64,000 bases of DNA from NCBI GenBank assembly GCA_002269645.1, contig NIVC01002014.1, positions 1 through 64,000 on the forward strand, written 5' to 3'. The DNA comes from Macrostomum lignano (lineage: Eukaryota). The translations under genes were made by a program, and so were the position numbers. The notes below the pieces were generated by a model, which did not search any database, had not been told where the DNA came from, and saw only the letters and a program-made list of their open reading frames with translations. This document shows, piece after piece, positions 43,269 through 63,000 of this stretch (position 1 is the stretch's first letter; every line of letters begins with the position of its first letter).

Positions 43269-44968
43269 CAATGTTGGTCTCCACTTTCCTGTACATCCTC
43301 TTCGTTGGCACACGGAGGTCTTAGATAAAAATCAATGAACCGTCTCTTACCAAATAGTTTTCAGAATAGAAAATTAATTATGACCGAAATGGAGTTTTCT
43401 GACATCTTCTCCTATTCATCCCTATCAGCCATTACTTCGAGCATTTCTGGTGAGCTCCTGAGCTTGAAACTGTATGTTAAAGAAGTGACACAAGATTTAG
43501 CCGCCGGTAGGAAAGTCATAATTAAAATTCCTTCTTTAGCAATTCGCTCACCAACCATGTCCTGAAACTCAGCAGTGACACTGGCGGCTTCTAAGAGGTG
43601 GACTGTGGACTCCGCAAGGGCGCTTGTTAAGAGAGTTGTAATAGGCTAACTATATTTAACAACGGGGGCTGACGATCACTGTGTTAACGAATTGCCTCCT
43701 TGATGTGGGTTAAACGTGGCTTTAGTTTAGATCAAGTTTTCAATTGACTTGAAAAAAATTTTTGATCAACTGCTGGTCTCCAGTCACCTGCTGGAGGTGA
43801 AGTCACAGAAGTTTTAAGAATATAGCTCGTAATTGTACTACTTACAGCAGGCCAAGAAAATATTTTTATAGAAGCAGAAACGAAAGAAATTAAAACCAAT
43901 TTATCATTTTTTGGTTGTTCGCACGACTGTAAAGGACACCAAATTGCATTCTGCATCTACCTCAGATTCTGCTCTTGTACACCTGCTCAGGAATGGGCAG
44001 TGAGTTGCCTCTCGCCGGTTGTGCGACAACTTTCACTTATTAGAGTGCTCCAGGGTGCTTAAAGCCACTGCTCGTATCTAAATATGAGCAGTAAAATTTA
44101 TAGACGACACGAGCACACAGACCAGCTTTTCAGTGCGGAAAAACCCTGAAGCAAATGCCGAACGCTCTCTCTCCAAAACATTTTTCAAGTTGATTTTTTA
44201 CGGCGCAAAGACAGCCTAAGAAGGGAAGAATATTCAAACGATCAGCAGTTTTGACTTCATCTTTAAAAAGTTAAGTTAACTAGTAAAAGATTATCTCGCA
44301 ATATCGCCATCACAGAAGATTCCGTCTGGGGTTCGACACTTTTAAGAGTGCAGGTAAAGTTTCTCAATCTTAGCGAGTGACGCAACTTAGCTATGCCGCA
44401 GCAGACTTGAGTTGAGTTGAGGAATGAAGTGGGGGAGCTCACTGGCGCACAGAGTGGCGACTTTTCAATGCTGCTGGAGTAGTTTCTGAGACAAAGTCTG
44501 AGTCTCAGCACAATCCCCCTCATAGCAACTAATACGACTCAAAAAGTGCGGAGAGACATTATATTGTAATTCCTGCAAGAAGCGCGCTCTGTTGACGTAA
44601 ACAGTCCAAGAATAAAAGTACAAGTGTCAGAGAACAGGCTTAGACTTTCTGAGAAATCAGGCGACTTTAGATTGATTGATGCAAGGCTGACCTGACAGCT
44701 TGTTGAGTATGCGGTGAAAATTTCCCAAGCCACTTTTACCTGCCTGATTTCAGAGCAAACAAAGCCAGCGAGCTGGAGTTTCTGTTCCACACAGAAGACA
44801 TTATAGCATTGCTGAAACTTTTCTGCAATTTTCTTGTTTCAATTTCAAACCACCAGCGCAGAAGCAAATAGCAAATCCCCCGCCAGTGTCCCTGATTGTT
44901 CAAGCAACAGGGATGCATGCAGTCAGGCGCTGGCTTCATTTGCTGTGAAAATAGCCCAGGGCAGAGCG

Positions 44969-45006
44969 CATTGGCTTTCTTGTGTAGTATAAAGAGTTCC
45001 GCCCAG
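44969..45006 (+). promoter_or_regulatory. Core promoter of lectin 3 (inverted CCAAT, TATA, CCGCCCAG)
   Basis: ATTGGCTTT ... TATAAAGA (44988) .. CCGCCCAG, with the TATA 41 nt upstream of the ATG. Confidence 0.6.
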
Positions 45007-45028
45007 GGCCCCACCAGGATCTAAAGAC

Positions 45029-45805
45029 ATGAATCACTGGAAGCTACTTCTGCTGTACCTGCTGGGATCCAGCTGCTCTGCCGCAGCTGAGCTCAGCACC
45101 CAGCAGTTCACAAAGCACTTTATTCGGCTGTGCCTGAGGCCCGAGTTTCTCCACAACACCCCGCTGGCAAGACCCAGCAATGTGAAGTGCAGCGTAATCT
45201 GCATCAACCGCGGCGTCCGATGCCGCGGCTTCCGACTGACTGGCGACGACGGCTCCGTCTGCCAGACGATGGAGTTCGACAGGTGCAGCCACATGCCGAA
45301 CGAGGCCGGCTGCGACCGCTCCGGTTGGGCCTTCGTGAGGAGCCTGGAGGGCCTGCCGAACGGCCGGCTGTGCCCTGCCGACTTCGCCAACGGCTATCGC
45401 AGCTCCGTCTACAAGATGGTGGGCGTGTCGAGCTGGACGGACGGCCTCAACAAGTGCAACTCGGAGCCCGGACTCGCCAAGTTCGCCGACGGAATCGACA
45501 GGCCGGAGGTGGAGCACATCCGAACTCTGATGCCGATTCTCAATAAGGACTTAAGCTCCTCAAAGCGCAGCTTCTACCTGGGCGGTTACCGGCCTTCCCC
45601 GCTCAGCTCCGGCACCTGGTACTGGCGCGACTGCAACATCGCCATCAAGCCCGAGGCGTGGGGCAGCGGCCAGCCGAACGAGGGCGCCGAACACAATCGG
45701 GTCGACATTTGGTTCGATCACGACTACGGATTGGACGACGAGGAGGAGTCGCTGCCCTCCCGCCTGATCCGAGCTCTGTGCGAGTGCCTCAACCCGTTCA
45801 TCTGA
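45029..45805 (+). CDS. Secreted PAN/Apple-like + C-type lectin-like protein 3 (intronless, 258 aa, QPN motif)
   Basis: Leader MNHWKLLLLYLLGSSCSA; 217 nt identical to paralog 2 (45204-45420 = 39540-39756); TATA box at 44988. Confidence 0.88.
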   Translation: MNHWKLLLLYLLGSSCSAAAELSTQQFTKHFIRLCLRPEFLHNTPLARPSNVKCSVICINRGVRCRGFRLTGDDGSVCQTMEFDRCSHMPNEAGCDRSGWAFVRSLEGLPNGRLCPADFANGYRSSVYKMVGVSSWTDGLNKCNSEPGLAKFADGIDRPEVEHIRTLMPILNKDLSSSKRSFYLGGYRPSPLSSGTWYWRDCNIAIKPEAWGSGQPNEGAEHNRVDIWFDHDYGLDDEEESLPSRLIRALCECLNPFI

Positions 45806-46398
45806 GGTCGGCATGAGATCGTCTGGAACCTAAGCGCTGAGCAGTTGAAAAAGTCACTTCTCTAGTGACGAAATTTGAATTCTCGTAGTTTCTTTATTAC
45901 CTTTTGCGGAGCAATTTGTGCCACAAAAGTCTAAGAAAGTTCGTAAAATATACGAGCATTCCGCTTGAAACCAAGAAAGGTTTCGATTAAACAGCCCTTA
46001 AACTAATGATCGAGTGGCAGATTTCTGTATCTATCGGAGGGTTGGTGCGGTTTTGTATTTCATTACCAGCGCATGTTGAGAATAGCAGCTGAATATCTGA
46101 ATAGCAAACCAATAAAATAAGGCTGGCAGATCAGGCTGGTCACGCAACTGAGTTGATGTTATTTGTGGTTACAGAAAAGGTCACGGTTGATTGAACAAGT
46201 CATATTCGATTTCCGAGTTTCCAGGCAGCTGCAGTCTATCAGGATAAAGCGCTCGCATTCAGGTAACCCTTCAGGAGTTGCAGATTTTGATCGAGCAACA
46301 CGGCTAAGTAAAAATTGATTTAGTCCACGATTTAATCTCGTCTCGAGTCCATTGTCAGAACTGCTGGAGACAGTTGCATCTCAGCAATGTCCTCCTCC

Positions 46399-53119
<6,721 letters not shown>

Positions 53120-54034
53120 ACCGGAGTTGCCGAGCAACTAAAATCACTTGCTGCTAAATCACCTGCACCGAGCGGCTTTCTGCTCTTCCAACCCGAGTAG
53201 CCTGTGCAGCCAGACAGCCAGATAAGCAGCCGAAAAAGCGGTAGCAAGATGAATAAAGACAGGCCGAGAGGCTGCGACAAAACTTATCTGCTGGCCTTCG
53301 CTTTCTATCTGCGCCGGCCTCTGCACCCCCTGCTCAGCTGGTTAGCAACCGAGCTCGCGCACTGGAGACGAAAAGAAAGTTTGAGATATTTTGCGCGAAC
53401 ACAAAGCCTGCTGCACTGTGGGTTGTGCTTGCCATTACACTTTGGCTGCTTCTCTCACCTCGCATCCAATTAGCTTCACTGAATGCAATTGCATATTTTG
53501 TTATTTTTCTCGCTTTGGGGCTTAGAAGGACCCTTCGGCCTTCAAAGTCCACGCATCCGATGGCGGTGGACAGCTCTGTACAGATCTGACTCTCCCACGC
53601 TGTATTTCTACCGTAGCTCGCTCACGATGTACCATCCGTGGCAAATTATGCTTAACTTTGCAGTGCCGGTGGTGAATCCGTAATAGAGTGGCTTCCTCTC
53701 GCACAGTCAGCACCGATCCCGACTTTCAATGCCAGGGTTTGTCCTGCGGCACTCAGGCCTGATGGCATCGCCCGTCCACTAAAGCGGATCAGGCAGTGAC
53801 CTGGAAGCGCTGCTAAAAATATGCTGATAAAAGCCGCAAAAATCACCTAAAACCAGCAACTGAAAGTCGTAGATTTTAATGGGAGCTCATCGAACCGGTA
53901 AACGGTTTACCTCATCAATTAGCCTTCGGCAACAGCTGAAGTGGTTAAAAGCAGTCCTTTGTGTGACTCAGGAGTCTAAAGTCAGCAAATTTTCTATCAC
54001 TAAAATTGATCGCTTCCAGAAGAACCGCTTAGCC

Positions 54035-57000
54035 ATGCCAGCCGTCTGCAGGAACCTCTGCGCTCTGATCCTGAGCTGCTTCATCTGCTCCGCTCTCTGC
54101 CACCAGTTCCGGGCCTCGGACCTCGGCTGCTTCGTTGACTCAGCGACAGAGAGAGACGTCAGAGGCCTAAAGTACCTCGGCCTCACGCGAGTCGGTGGCC
54201 ACGGCATGGAGCAGACAAATATTTCCAGTGCCTACGGCTTGGTCCACTCCACCCAGATGACTCACGAGCTGTGCGGCTTCCGCTACATGGCACTGCAGGC
54301 CGCGACTTGGTGCGGCTGCGACAACTCCTACGGGTCGCATGGCGCGGCCCCTAGCGGCGACTGCTGGCATGCCTGCGCGGGTACTGCGGTCCATACCGGA
54401 ATCAAGTGTACCGACTGACCTTCACTCAGTGGTAAAACAATAGTGCAGACTAGGAGTCCAGAGAGAGGCAAGATGCAATGCCCGAGTATGCTTGCCCTGA
54501 GTTTCTCATCATCGGACATGCAATCACCCTGCGCCTTGAGGAATTGACCCTAAGGCCAGTTTTCGTACACGAATATGATGACGAACCCCGGGTACTTTGA
54601 CACGACACCTAAGACACGTGGGTTAGTTACCGCTGGGCTACTCTGTACCTAAGGGTTACCGCTGGGCTACTTTGTACCTAAGGGTTACCGCTGGGCTACT
54701 CTGTACCTAAGGGTTACCGCTGGGCTACTCTGTACCTAAGGGTTACCGCTGGGCTACTCTGTACCTAAGGGTTACCGCTGGGCTACTCTGTACCTAAGGG
54801 TTACCGCTGGGCTACTCTGTACCTAAGGGTTACCGCTGGGCTACTCTGTACCTAAGGGTTACCGCTGGGCTACTCTGTACCTAAGGGTTACCGCTGGGCT
54901 ACTCTGTACCTAAGGGTTACCGCTGGGCTACTCTGTACCTAAGGGTTACCGCTGGGCTACTCTGTACCTAAGGGTTACCGCTGGGCTACTCTGTACCTAA
55001 GGGTTACCGCTGGGCTACTCTGTACCTAAGGGTTACCGCTGGGCTACTCTGTACCTAAGGGTTACCGCTGGGCTACTCTGTACCTAAGGGTTACCGCTGG
55101 GCTACTCTGTACCTAAGGGTTACCGCTGGGCTACTCTGTACCTAAGGGTTACCGCTGGGCTACTCTGTACCTAAGGGTTACCGCTGGGCTACTCTGTACC
55201 TAAGGGTTACCGCTGGGCTACTCTGTACCTAAGGGTTACCGCTGGGCTACTCTGTACCTAAGGGTTACCGCTGGGCTACTCTGTACCTAAGGGTTACCGC
55301 TGGGCTACTCTGTACCTAAGGGTTACCGCTGGGCTACTCTGTACCTAAGGGTTACCGCTGGGCTACTCTGTACCTAAGGGTTACCGCTGGGCTACTCTGT
55401 ACCTAAGGGTTACCGCTGGGCTACTCTGTACCTAAGGGTTACCGCTGGGCTACTCTGTACCTAAGGGTTACCGCTGGGCTACTCTGTACCTAAGGGTTAC
55501 CGCTGGGCTACTCTGTACCTAAGGGTTACCGCTGGGCTACTCTGTACCTAAGGGTTACCGCTGGGCTACTCTGTACCTAAGGGTTACCGCTGGGCTACTC
55601 TGTACCTAAGGGTTACCGCTGGGCTACTCTGTACCTAAGGGTTACCGCTGGGCTACTCTGTACCTAAGGGTTACCGCTGGGCTACTCTGTACCTAAGGGT
55701 TACCGCTGGGCTACTCTGTACCTAAGGGTTACCGCTGGGCTACTCTGTACCTAAGGGTTACCGCTGGGCTACTCTGTACCTAAGGGTTACCGCTGGGCTA
55801 CTCTGTACCTAAGGGTTACCGCTGGGCTACTCTGTACCTAAGGGTTACCGCTGGGCTACTCTGTACCTAAGGGTTACCGCTGGGCTACTCTGTACCTAAG
55901 GGTTACCGCTGGGCTACTCTGTACCTAAGGGTTACCGCTGGGCTACTCTGTACCTAAGGGTTACCGCTGGGCTACTCTGTACCTAAGGGTTACCGCTGGG
56001 CTACTCTGTACCTAAGGGTTACCGCTGGGCTACTCTGTACCTAAGGGTTACCGCTGGGCTACTCTGTACCTAAGGGTTACCGCTGGGCTACTCTGTACCT
56101 AAGGGTTACCGCTGGGCTACTCTGTACCTAAGGGTTACCGCTGGGCTACTCTGTACCTAAGGGTTACCGCTGGGCTACTCTGTACCTAAGGGTTACCGCT
56201 GGGCTACTCTGTACCTAAGGGTTACCGCTGGGCTACTCTGTACCTAAGGGTTACCGCTGGGCTACTCTGTACCTAAGGGTTACCGCTGGGCTACTCTGTA
56301 CCTAAGGGTTACCGCTGGGCTACTCTGTACCTAAGGGTTACCGCTGGGCTACTCTGTACCTAAGGGTTACCGCTGGGCTACTCTGTACCTAAGGGTTACC
56401 GCTGGGCTACTCTGTACCTAAGGGTTACCGCTGGGCTACTCTGTACCTAAGGGTTACCGCTGGGCTACTCTGTACCTAAGGGTTACCGCTGGGCTACTCT
56501 GTACCTAAGGGTTACCGCTGGGCTACTCTGTACCTAAGGGTTACCGCTGGGCTACTCTGTACCTAAGGGTTACCGCTGGGCTACTCTGTACCTAAGGGTT
56601 ACCGCTGGGCTACTCTGTACCTAAGGGTTACCGCTGGGCTACTCTGTACCTAAGGGTTACCGCTGGGCTACTCTGTACCTAAGGGTTACCGCTGGGCTAC
56701 TCTGTACCTAAGGGTTACCGCTGGGCTACTCTGTACCTAAGGGTTACCGCTGGGCTACTCTGTACCTAAGGGTTACCGCTGGGCTACTCTGTACCTAAGG
56801 GTTACCGCTGGGCTACTCTGTACCTAAGGGTTACCGCTGGGCTACTCTGTACCTAAGGGTTACCGCTGGGCTACTCTGTACCTAAGGGTTACCGCTGGGC
56901 TACTCTGTACCTAAGGGTTACCGCTGGGCTACTCTGTACCTAAGGGTTACCGCTGGGCTACTCTGTACCTAAGGGTTACCGCTGGGCTACTCTGTACCTA

Positions 57001-57350
57001 AGGGTTACCGCTGGGCTACTCTGTACCTAAGGGTTACCGCTGGGCTACTCTGTACCTGATAGCCCAGCATCAGATTAAGGCATAACGCCTAACAAAAATC
57101 ACTGCAGACGAGAGCCTTTCATCGTCCTCGGTGACCGCGACCTGGTGGCCATGAGCAGCCCCGACTCTCGTCGCTTTCTCGATCGTCAGCGCTCGTGGAC
57201 TCGCCGAGTGCGTCGACCAGTGCGGCACCGACTGTCAGTCGGTGATCTTCAGCCAGCTGCAGCGCCTGTGCCACCTGCTGGAGTTTGCATGCTGCAGTCC
57301 CGGCCGCCCTCAGAAGCGCCAGCAGCGGCGACTTCTTCGTCCGTGGCTGA
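54035..57350 (+). pseudogene. Secreted WSC-domain + C-terminal PAN/Apple-domain gene, disrupted (or mis-assembled)
   Basis: From 54035: leader plus WSC motifs LGCFVDS..RDV..MTHELC.GFRYMALQAATWCGCDNSYG..DCWHACAG. A second exon at about 57108-57350 encodes FIVLGDRDLVAMSSP / TLVAFSIVSARGLAECVDQCGTDCQSVIFSQLQRLCHLL / SGDFFVRG* with two frame changes. One early WSC Cys and the WSC C-terminal CGG..N segment are missing. Confidence 0.65.
54626..57057. repeat. Near-perfect 29-bp tandem array (gggttaccgctgggctactctgtacctaa), about 84 copies
   Basis: 2432 bp / 29. The only internal variant I saw is ctttgt in copy 2 (about 54672). Confidence 0.97.
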
Positions 57351-59264
57351 ACTGAAGGCAACTAAAAGCCAGCGAGCACTGATTACTGAAACCTGACTCT
57401 CGCGAACAAACTGTTTCTATTTCAGATTTTCAAGGCCTGCTGTTGTGACTGTCCCTCTCTTACGTGCCCTTGTACTGTCTGTATTCCAGCCCTTTGAAGC
57501 CCGTACCAGCAGAGGCGGAAACCAGGGAGCCAGATGTACAAAGTGACGAAAGTTTAAATAAAAGGTGTCGCAAAAAAACTGCTCTGGTTTGATTGCGATT
57601 TGTCCGACCGTGAGCTGGATGCAGACCAGCTCTGTTGGCTCCCTTATTGGGTTTGAAATGAAGACTCCAATGTATCGTGAAAGAAGACTCCTGCTGCGTC
57701 ATCGGTGTGAAAGTGCTTCAAGGATCGAACAATGGAATACTTTGTGATTGTAACAGGTAGGATTTTGTGTCCATCCTGCACCTTCTGCTCACGTTGGATA
57801 ACAAAGAATTGAACTCGAAGCACGGTTTTCTGGGCCCAGGCTGCTGCGGCCTACAGCCCAGCCGAGGCAATGGCCATGCCTTTAGGCCCGCAGATGCGGG
57901 CGAGAGCAAAGTGAAGCGAGCGCCTCCACTGTCTCTCCTTTTATTTAAAACACTGCAGAACAGGCGCGTGGGAACGTAAACTCTTATAGGCTACACAGAA
58001 CAAAATGCAAATTTCGCAGCAAGTTTTAGGTGCAGCCGTCCTTTGCAAATATGACTGCATTTTATGCAGCTCATATCCCTCCGTGGTTTAAAAAACTTCG
58101 ACACCTCGAAGCATAGTTTAAAGTTGAACCGTGCTGGAAAACACCAGTCATGAGTATAGCTAGTAATGTTGGTCTCCTCCAGCCGGGTCGCTACCATTCC
58201 TCAGTTCGCGCTGCTCTAAGGGGGTCAGCCTTGAAGTCCGCCACCTCGGAAACGGGCATGCAGTCCTCGTGAGCTATCTTAAGTAGCTTCACTGGCATGT
58301 CTATGGCATGCACAGATCGTGCTCCGGTCTTCCTGCCGGATGCACCGCAGACTTCCCTCGCAGTCTTCTTGCTGTGGGGAGGCGACTCTTGGCCTTTGGG
58401 CCGAAACACTGCTCCGCTTTTGAGACGCATCGCCTCTCAGGGCAGGAAAATTGATCTGCATGCCGGTCGCCGAGACAGTGACGCCGGGGCTGACTCTCTT
58501 CTTGTCGATCCATCCGAACGGCAGTTGAACACGCGTCAGTTGGGGCGGCGGCTGCACCGTGGTGGCAGTTAAACTGAACCACCGTTGCGACTTAATGCCG
58601 TCAAGCACGCCAACGAGCACTGTTGACTTTGGCACGAGCCACGCAGGCAAATGACAGTCAAGCCAAACATTGACGGGTGCCAACGTTTGTAATTTTTTGC
58701 TGCGCGTTTTCGCCATAGTGTGTCAAAGATACGCAGGTGCACTAGAACGCTGAAATATAGTCCAGTAGTCCATAGCATGTGCCAGTGCGCGCTTATGCAG
58801 TCTTCTCCGTCTGAGTGACCATTTGCGTCACCCCTGCTAACTTTGCCCCCATTTTTCTTTGATTTTCTCTCCCCTAGCGCGCTGATTGGCCGCGGTGTGG
58901 AGGCTCTCGTTCACTCTCTCTCTCACCCCTGTGTGCCTGCCCCCAGCTTAGCCTCCCATGCAAGCGCCACTCATTGTCAGAAATTTCGTGTGGACGCATA
59001 CAAGCATGTGTGGACAAACACAAAACAGCTTGCTCTCGAGTCTGCCAGACTGCTTCATCGATCTGGATACTTCTTCCAAGAAGACGCTGATCACTGTGCG
59101 ATATGAGCTCTCAGCCGGGGGTGCTAGTAGAACATTTGAGGCCTGTGTGCTGCTGGGATGCACGGCTGGCTTTCTACGGGTGTTGCGGCATCAGATACTC
59201 GACATGCGGAATGTAACAAACTGCTCAGACAGGGTGTACGGCGGCCCCTGACTTTCTAATCATC

Positions 59265-59640
59265 GTGAGTCAGACTGTGAATCAGACTGTGAGTCAGACT
59301 GTAAGCCATACTGTGAGTCAGACTGTGAGCCAGACTGTGAGTCAGACTGTGAGTCAGACTGTGAGCCAGACTGTGAGTCAGACTGTGAGTCAGACTGTGA
59401 GTCAGACTGTGAGCCAGACTGTGAGTCAGACTGTGAGCCAGACTGTGAGTCAGACTGTGAGTCAGTGAGTCAGACTGTGAGTCAGACTGTGAGCCAGACT
59501 GTGAGTCAGACTGTGAGCCAGACTGTGAGTCAGACTGTAAGTCAGACTGTGAGTCAGACTGTGAGTCAGACTGTGAGCCATACTGTGAGTCGGACTGTGA
59601 GTCAGACTGTGAGTCAGACTGTGTGTCAGACTGTGATCCA
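59265..59640. repeat. 12-bp repeat (tgagtcagactg), about 31 copies
   Basis: Direct reading. Confidence 0.93.
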
Positions 59641-60058
59641 GACCTCACAGACCGTGTCCCTATTCCCGGTAAAACACGAGTCAGCTCTAATCCCAAGCGA
59701 ATTGATGTTTAGCAAAGCTGTGTAAAAGAGCCACTTTATTGTCAGAAATAAAAAAATAATCTGTAGTCAGCATCGCAAAGTATTTATAATTTTTGAGCAG
59801 GGTGCAAAACGCAGGAAGAGAACTGGTATTACACTTGCAGGAAGCGGTTTCAAAGTACCCTAGTATAGTCTACTAATAACTGGATTGAGCAAGGCGTTTT
59901 TAACTGAAAGTTTGTCGCGTAAAATAGCCAATAGTGCATGCGATTTGTTGCCGTTTCTGTTCAACAAAGGCACTGGTTCTAATTTCATATCAGACCGTCT
60001 TTTCAGTACATGATGACGGTATTTCCATGGAATTTCCGCGGCTTTTCCGGCTCCCGGC

Positions 60059-63000
60059 CTACACCAACTGCGGTCCGGCCTCCGGATTCGGGGTCGTGAT
60101 CGTGGCGCAGCAGGGGCACAGCGCGTGGTACCACCGGTTCTTGTCCTGCATCCTGTGGGCCGGGAGGACGGGAGGGTGCTCGGGATGTCTCTCTGATCCC
60201 AAGCCAGTCCCGCTCTGATCCCAAGCCAGCCCCGCTCTGATCCCAAGCCAGTCTCGCTCTGATCTCAAACCAGTCCCGCTCTGATCTCAAGCCAGTCCCG
60301 CTCTGATCTCAAGCCAGTCCCGCTCTGATCTCAAGCCAGTCCCGCTCTGATCTCAAGCCAGTCCCGCTCTGATCTCAAGCCAGTCCCGCTCTGATCCCAA
60401 GCCAGTCCCGCTCTGATCTCTGTACTTCCCAACAACGTACTTCTGCAGGCTGGCGAGAACTCCAGGTTCGACTTTGTCATCCGTGAGAATCTTCTTCACA
60501 TAGAAGTACTCCTGCGTGTGGAGAATGACGTATCATTAAGTGAAGTCTTGAAACTGACTCCATAGAAACCCTGAGACTCACCCATTTCAAACAGAGCTTC
60601 AGCTTCCGAGGCATGTCCCCGATGGAAATTACCAGCAAAAACTTGATGGCCAGCATGGCGTTCTGAAAGTCAATTAGATATTGATAGTGGAATGCAATTA
60701 GCTGTAAGACCACGCAGAGACTCTAGGACTCAGCCAGTCTAGGACTCAGGGACTAAAGGACTCAGGGACTCTAGGAGTCAGGGACTCCAGGACTCAGGGA
60801 CTCTAGGAGTCAGGGACTCCAGGACTCAGGGACTCTAGGACTCAGCGAGTCTAGGACTCAGGGACTCCAGGACTCAGGGACTCTAGGACTCAGCGAGTCT
60901 AGGACTCAGGGACTCTAGGACTCAGCGAGTCTAGGACTGAGGGACTCTAAGACTCAGCCAGTCTAGGACTGAGGGACTCTAAGACTCAGCCATTCTAGGA
61001 CTCTGGGACTCTAGAAGCCAGGGAATCCAGGACTCAGGGACTCTAGGACTCAGGGACTCCAGGACTCAGCGAGTCTAGGACTCAGGGACTCTAGGACCAA
61101 TCGATAAGGCTCAAAGATGCTCCGATCACCTCAAAGACGATGAAGAAGATCAGCCTGTTGGAGTCCATTGTGGCCACGCCGTAAATGCTGAGACTTTGCG
61201 ACGTGAAGGCCAAGATCGCCCCGGTGGTGAAGATGCCGGCGAAGCTGAGAAAGTCGAGCAGCCAGTTCCAGACGCCGATGCCCGGAGCCGGCAGCGGCAC
61301 GGGCCTGCGGTACAGAAACAGCAGCCGCTTCGAGTCCAGCCGCAGGTCGATTGCCATGGCGATGAGGGCCACCGCGGGCGCCAAGTAGAAGGCGGAGCCG
61401 AACATCTGCGAGGATTCGAGAATCTCCCAGGCATTTCGGTTAGGGACTTGGGAACCAAAGTTGGGATCCAAACACCGAGATGGAGCTGAGAGAGAGGATG
61501 TGCCTTTAGTGCGGTGTTGGTTGCGGACTGGTGGCCTTGGTAGAGTGCAGTGAATCGATGAATTGTTTCAATGGCTAACGCGTCCGACTCCAGCCTTTTA
61601 GCATTTGGGTTCGAGGGTCCGCGTTTGGAGAGTCCGCGTTTGGAGAGTCCGCGTTTGGAGACTCCGGGTTTGGAGGGTCCGCATTTGGAGAGTCCGCGTT
61701 TGGAGACTCCGGGTTTGGAGGGTCCGCGTTTGGAGAGTCCGCGTTTGGAGACTCCGGGTTTGGAGGGTCCGCGTTTGGAGAGTCCGCGTTTGGAGACTCC
61801 GGGTTTGGAGGGTCCGCGTTTGGAGAGTCCGGGTTTGGAGAGTCCGGGTTTGGAGAGTCCGCGTTTGGAGAGTCCGGGTTTGGAGAGTCCGCGTTTGGAG
61901 AGTCCGGGTTTGGAGAGTCCGGGTTTGGAGAGTCCGGGTTTGGAGAGTCCGCGTTTGGAGAGTCCGGGTTTGGAGAGTCCGCGTTTGGAGAGTCCGGGTT
62001 TGGAGAGTCCGGGTTTGGAGGGTCCGCGTTTGGAGAGTCCGCGTTTGGAGAGTCCGGGTTTGGAGACTCCGGGTTTGGAGACTCCGGGTTTGGAGAATCC
62101 GGGTTCGAGAGATTGGGTTCGAGTGTCCGGGTTTGGAGGTTCCGGGTTTGGAGAGTCCGGGTTTGGAGAGTCCGGGTTTGGAGACTCCGGGTTTGGAGAC
62201 TCCGGGTTTGGAGAATCCGGGTTCGAGAGGTTGGGTTCGAGTGTCCGGGTTTGGAGGTTCCGGGTTTGGAGAGTCCGGGTTTGGAGAGTCCGAGTTTGGA
62301 GATTCCGGGTTTGGAGACTCCGGGTTTGGAGACTCCGGGTTTGGAGGGTCCGGGTTTGGAGGGTCCGGGTTTGGAGGGTCCGGGTTTGGAGGGTCCGGGT
62401 TTGGAGGGTCCGGGTTTGGAGACTCCGGGTTCGAGAGGTTGGGTTCGAGTGTCCGGGTTTGGAGAGTCCGGGTTTGGAGACTCCGGGTTTGGAGACTCCG
62501 GGTTTGGAGACTCCGGGTTTGGAGACTCCGGGTTTGGAGACTCCGGGTTTGGAGACTCCGGGTTTGGAGACTCCGGGTTTGGAGACCCGGGTTTGAAGCC
62601 ATTAGGGCCAGACTCCAAGACACAAAGTGCACGAATGTTTGTCAATGGCAAAGGCCGCTGTGCACCCTGTGAGTCCCTGTGGATCAGCAGAACGGTCCTG
62701 ACTGCTTGCCAAGCTCAGCGCGAACTCACGGTCATGAATCCGTACAGGATGACCTTCTCCAGGTACTCGTCCAGCAGCATCTCCTGCTCCTTGGACTTGA
62801 CGAGGTGCCGCTGCTCAGCGAACGCCAGCTTGCCGCTCGGCCTGGTCTCGCCGAGCTTGGCCATGTGGTTGCGCTCCAGCTCGGCCAGGATCTCCAGCTC
62901 CACCGAGTAGCCCAGCATCCTGATGCAGGGGCAGCAGGCTCTGAGGAAGCCGCGCAGCCCCCGGAGAGTGCAGCCCGTGAGCATTGACCGCTTCAGGTAG

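Noticed and set aside
54626-57057. CRISPR array or telomere
   Set aside because: The units are contiguous with no spacers and the context is eukaryotic. The unit is not TTAGGG and is flanked by unique sequence on both sides.
57140-57165. Selenocysteine TGA in the PAN exon
   Set aside because: A frameshift model gives more plausible upstream sequence, the TGA is not at a Cys position, and no SECIS was recognised.
57400-59250. Gene between WSC-PAN and anoctamin C
   Set aside because: Only short ORFs on both strands, with no recognisable motif or consistent splice chain.
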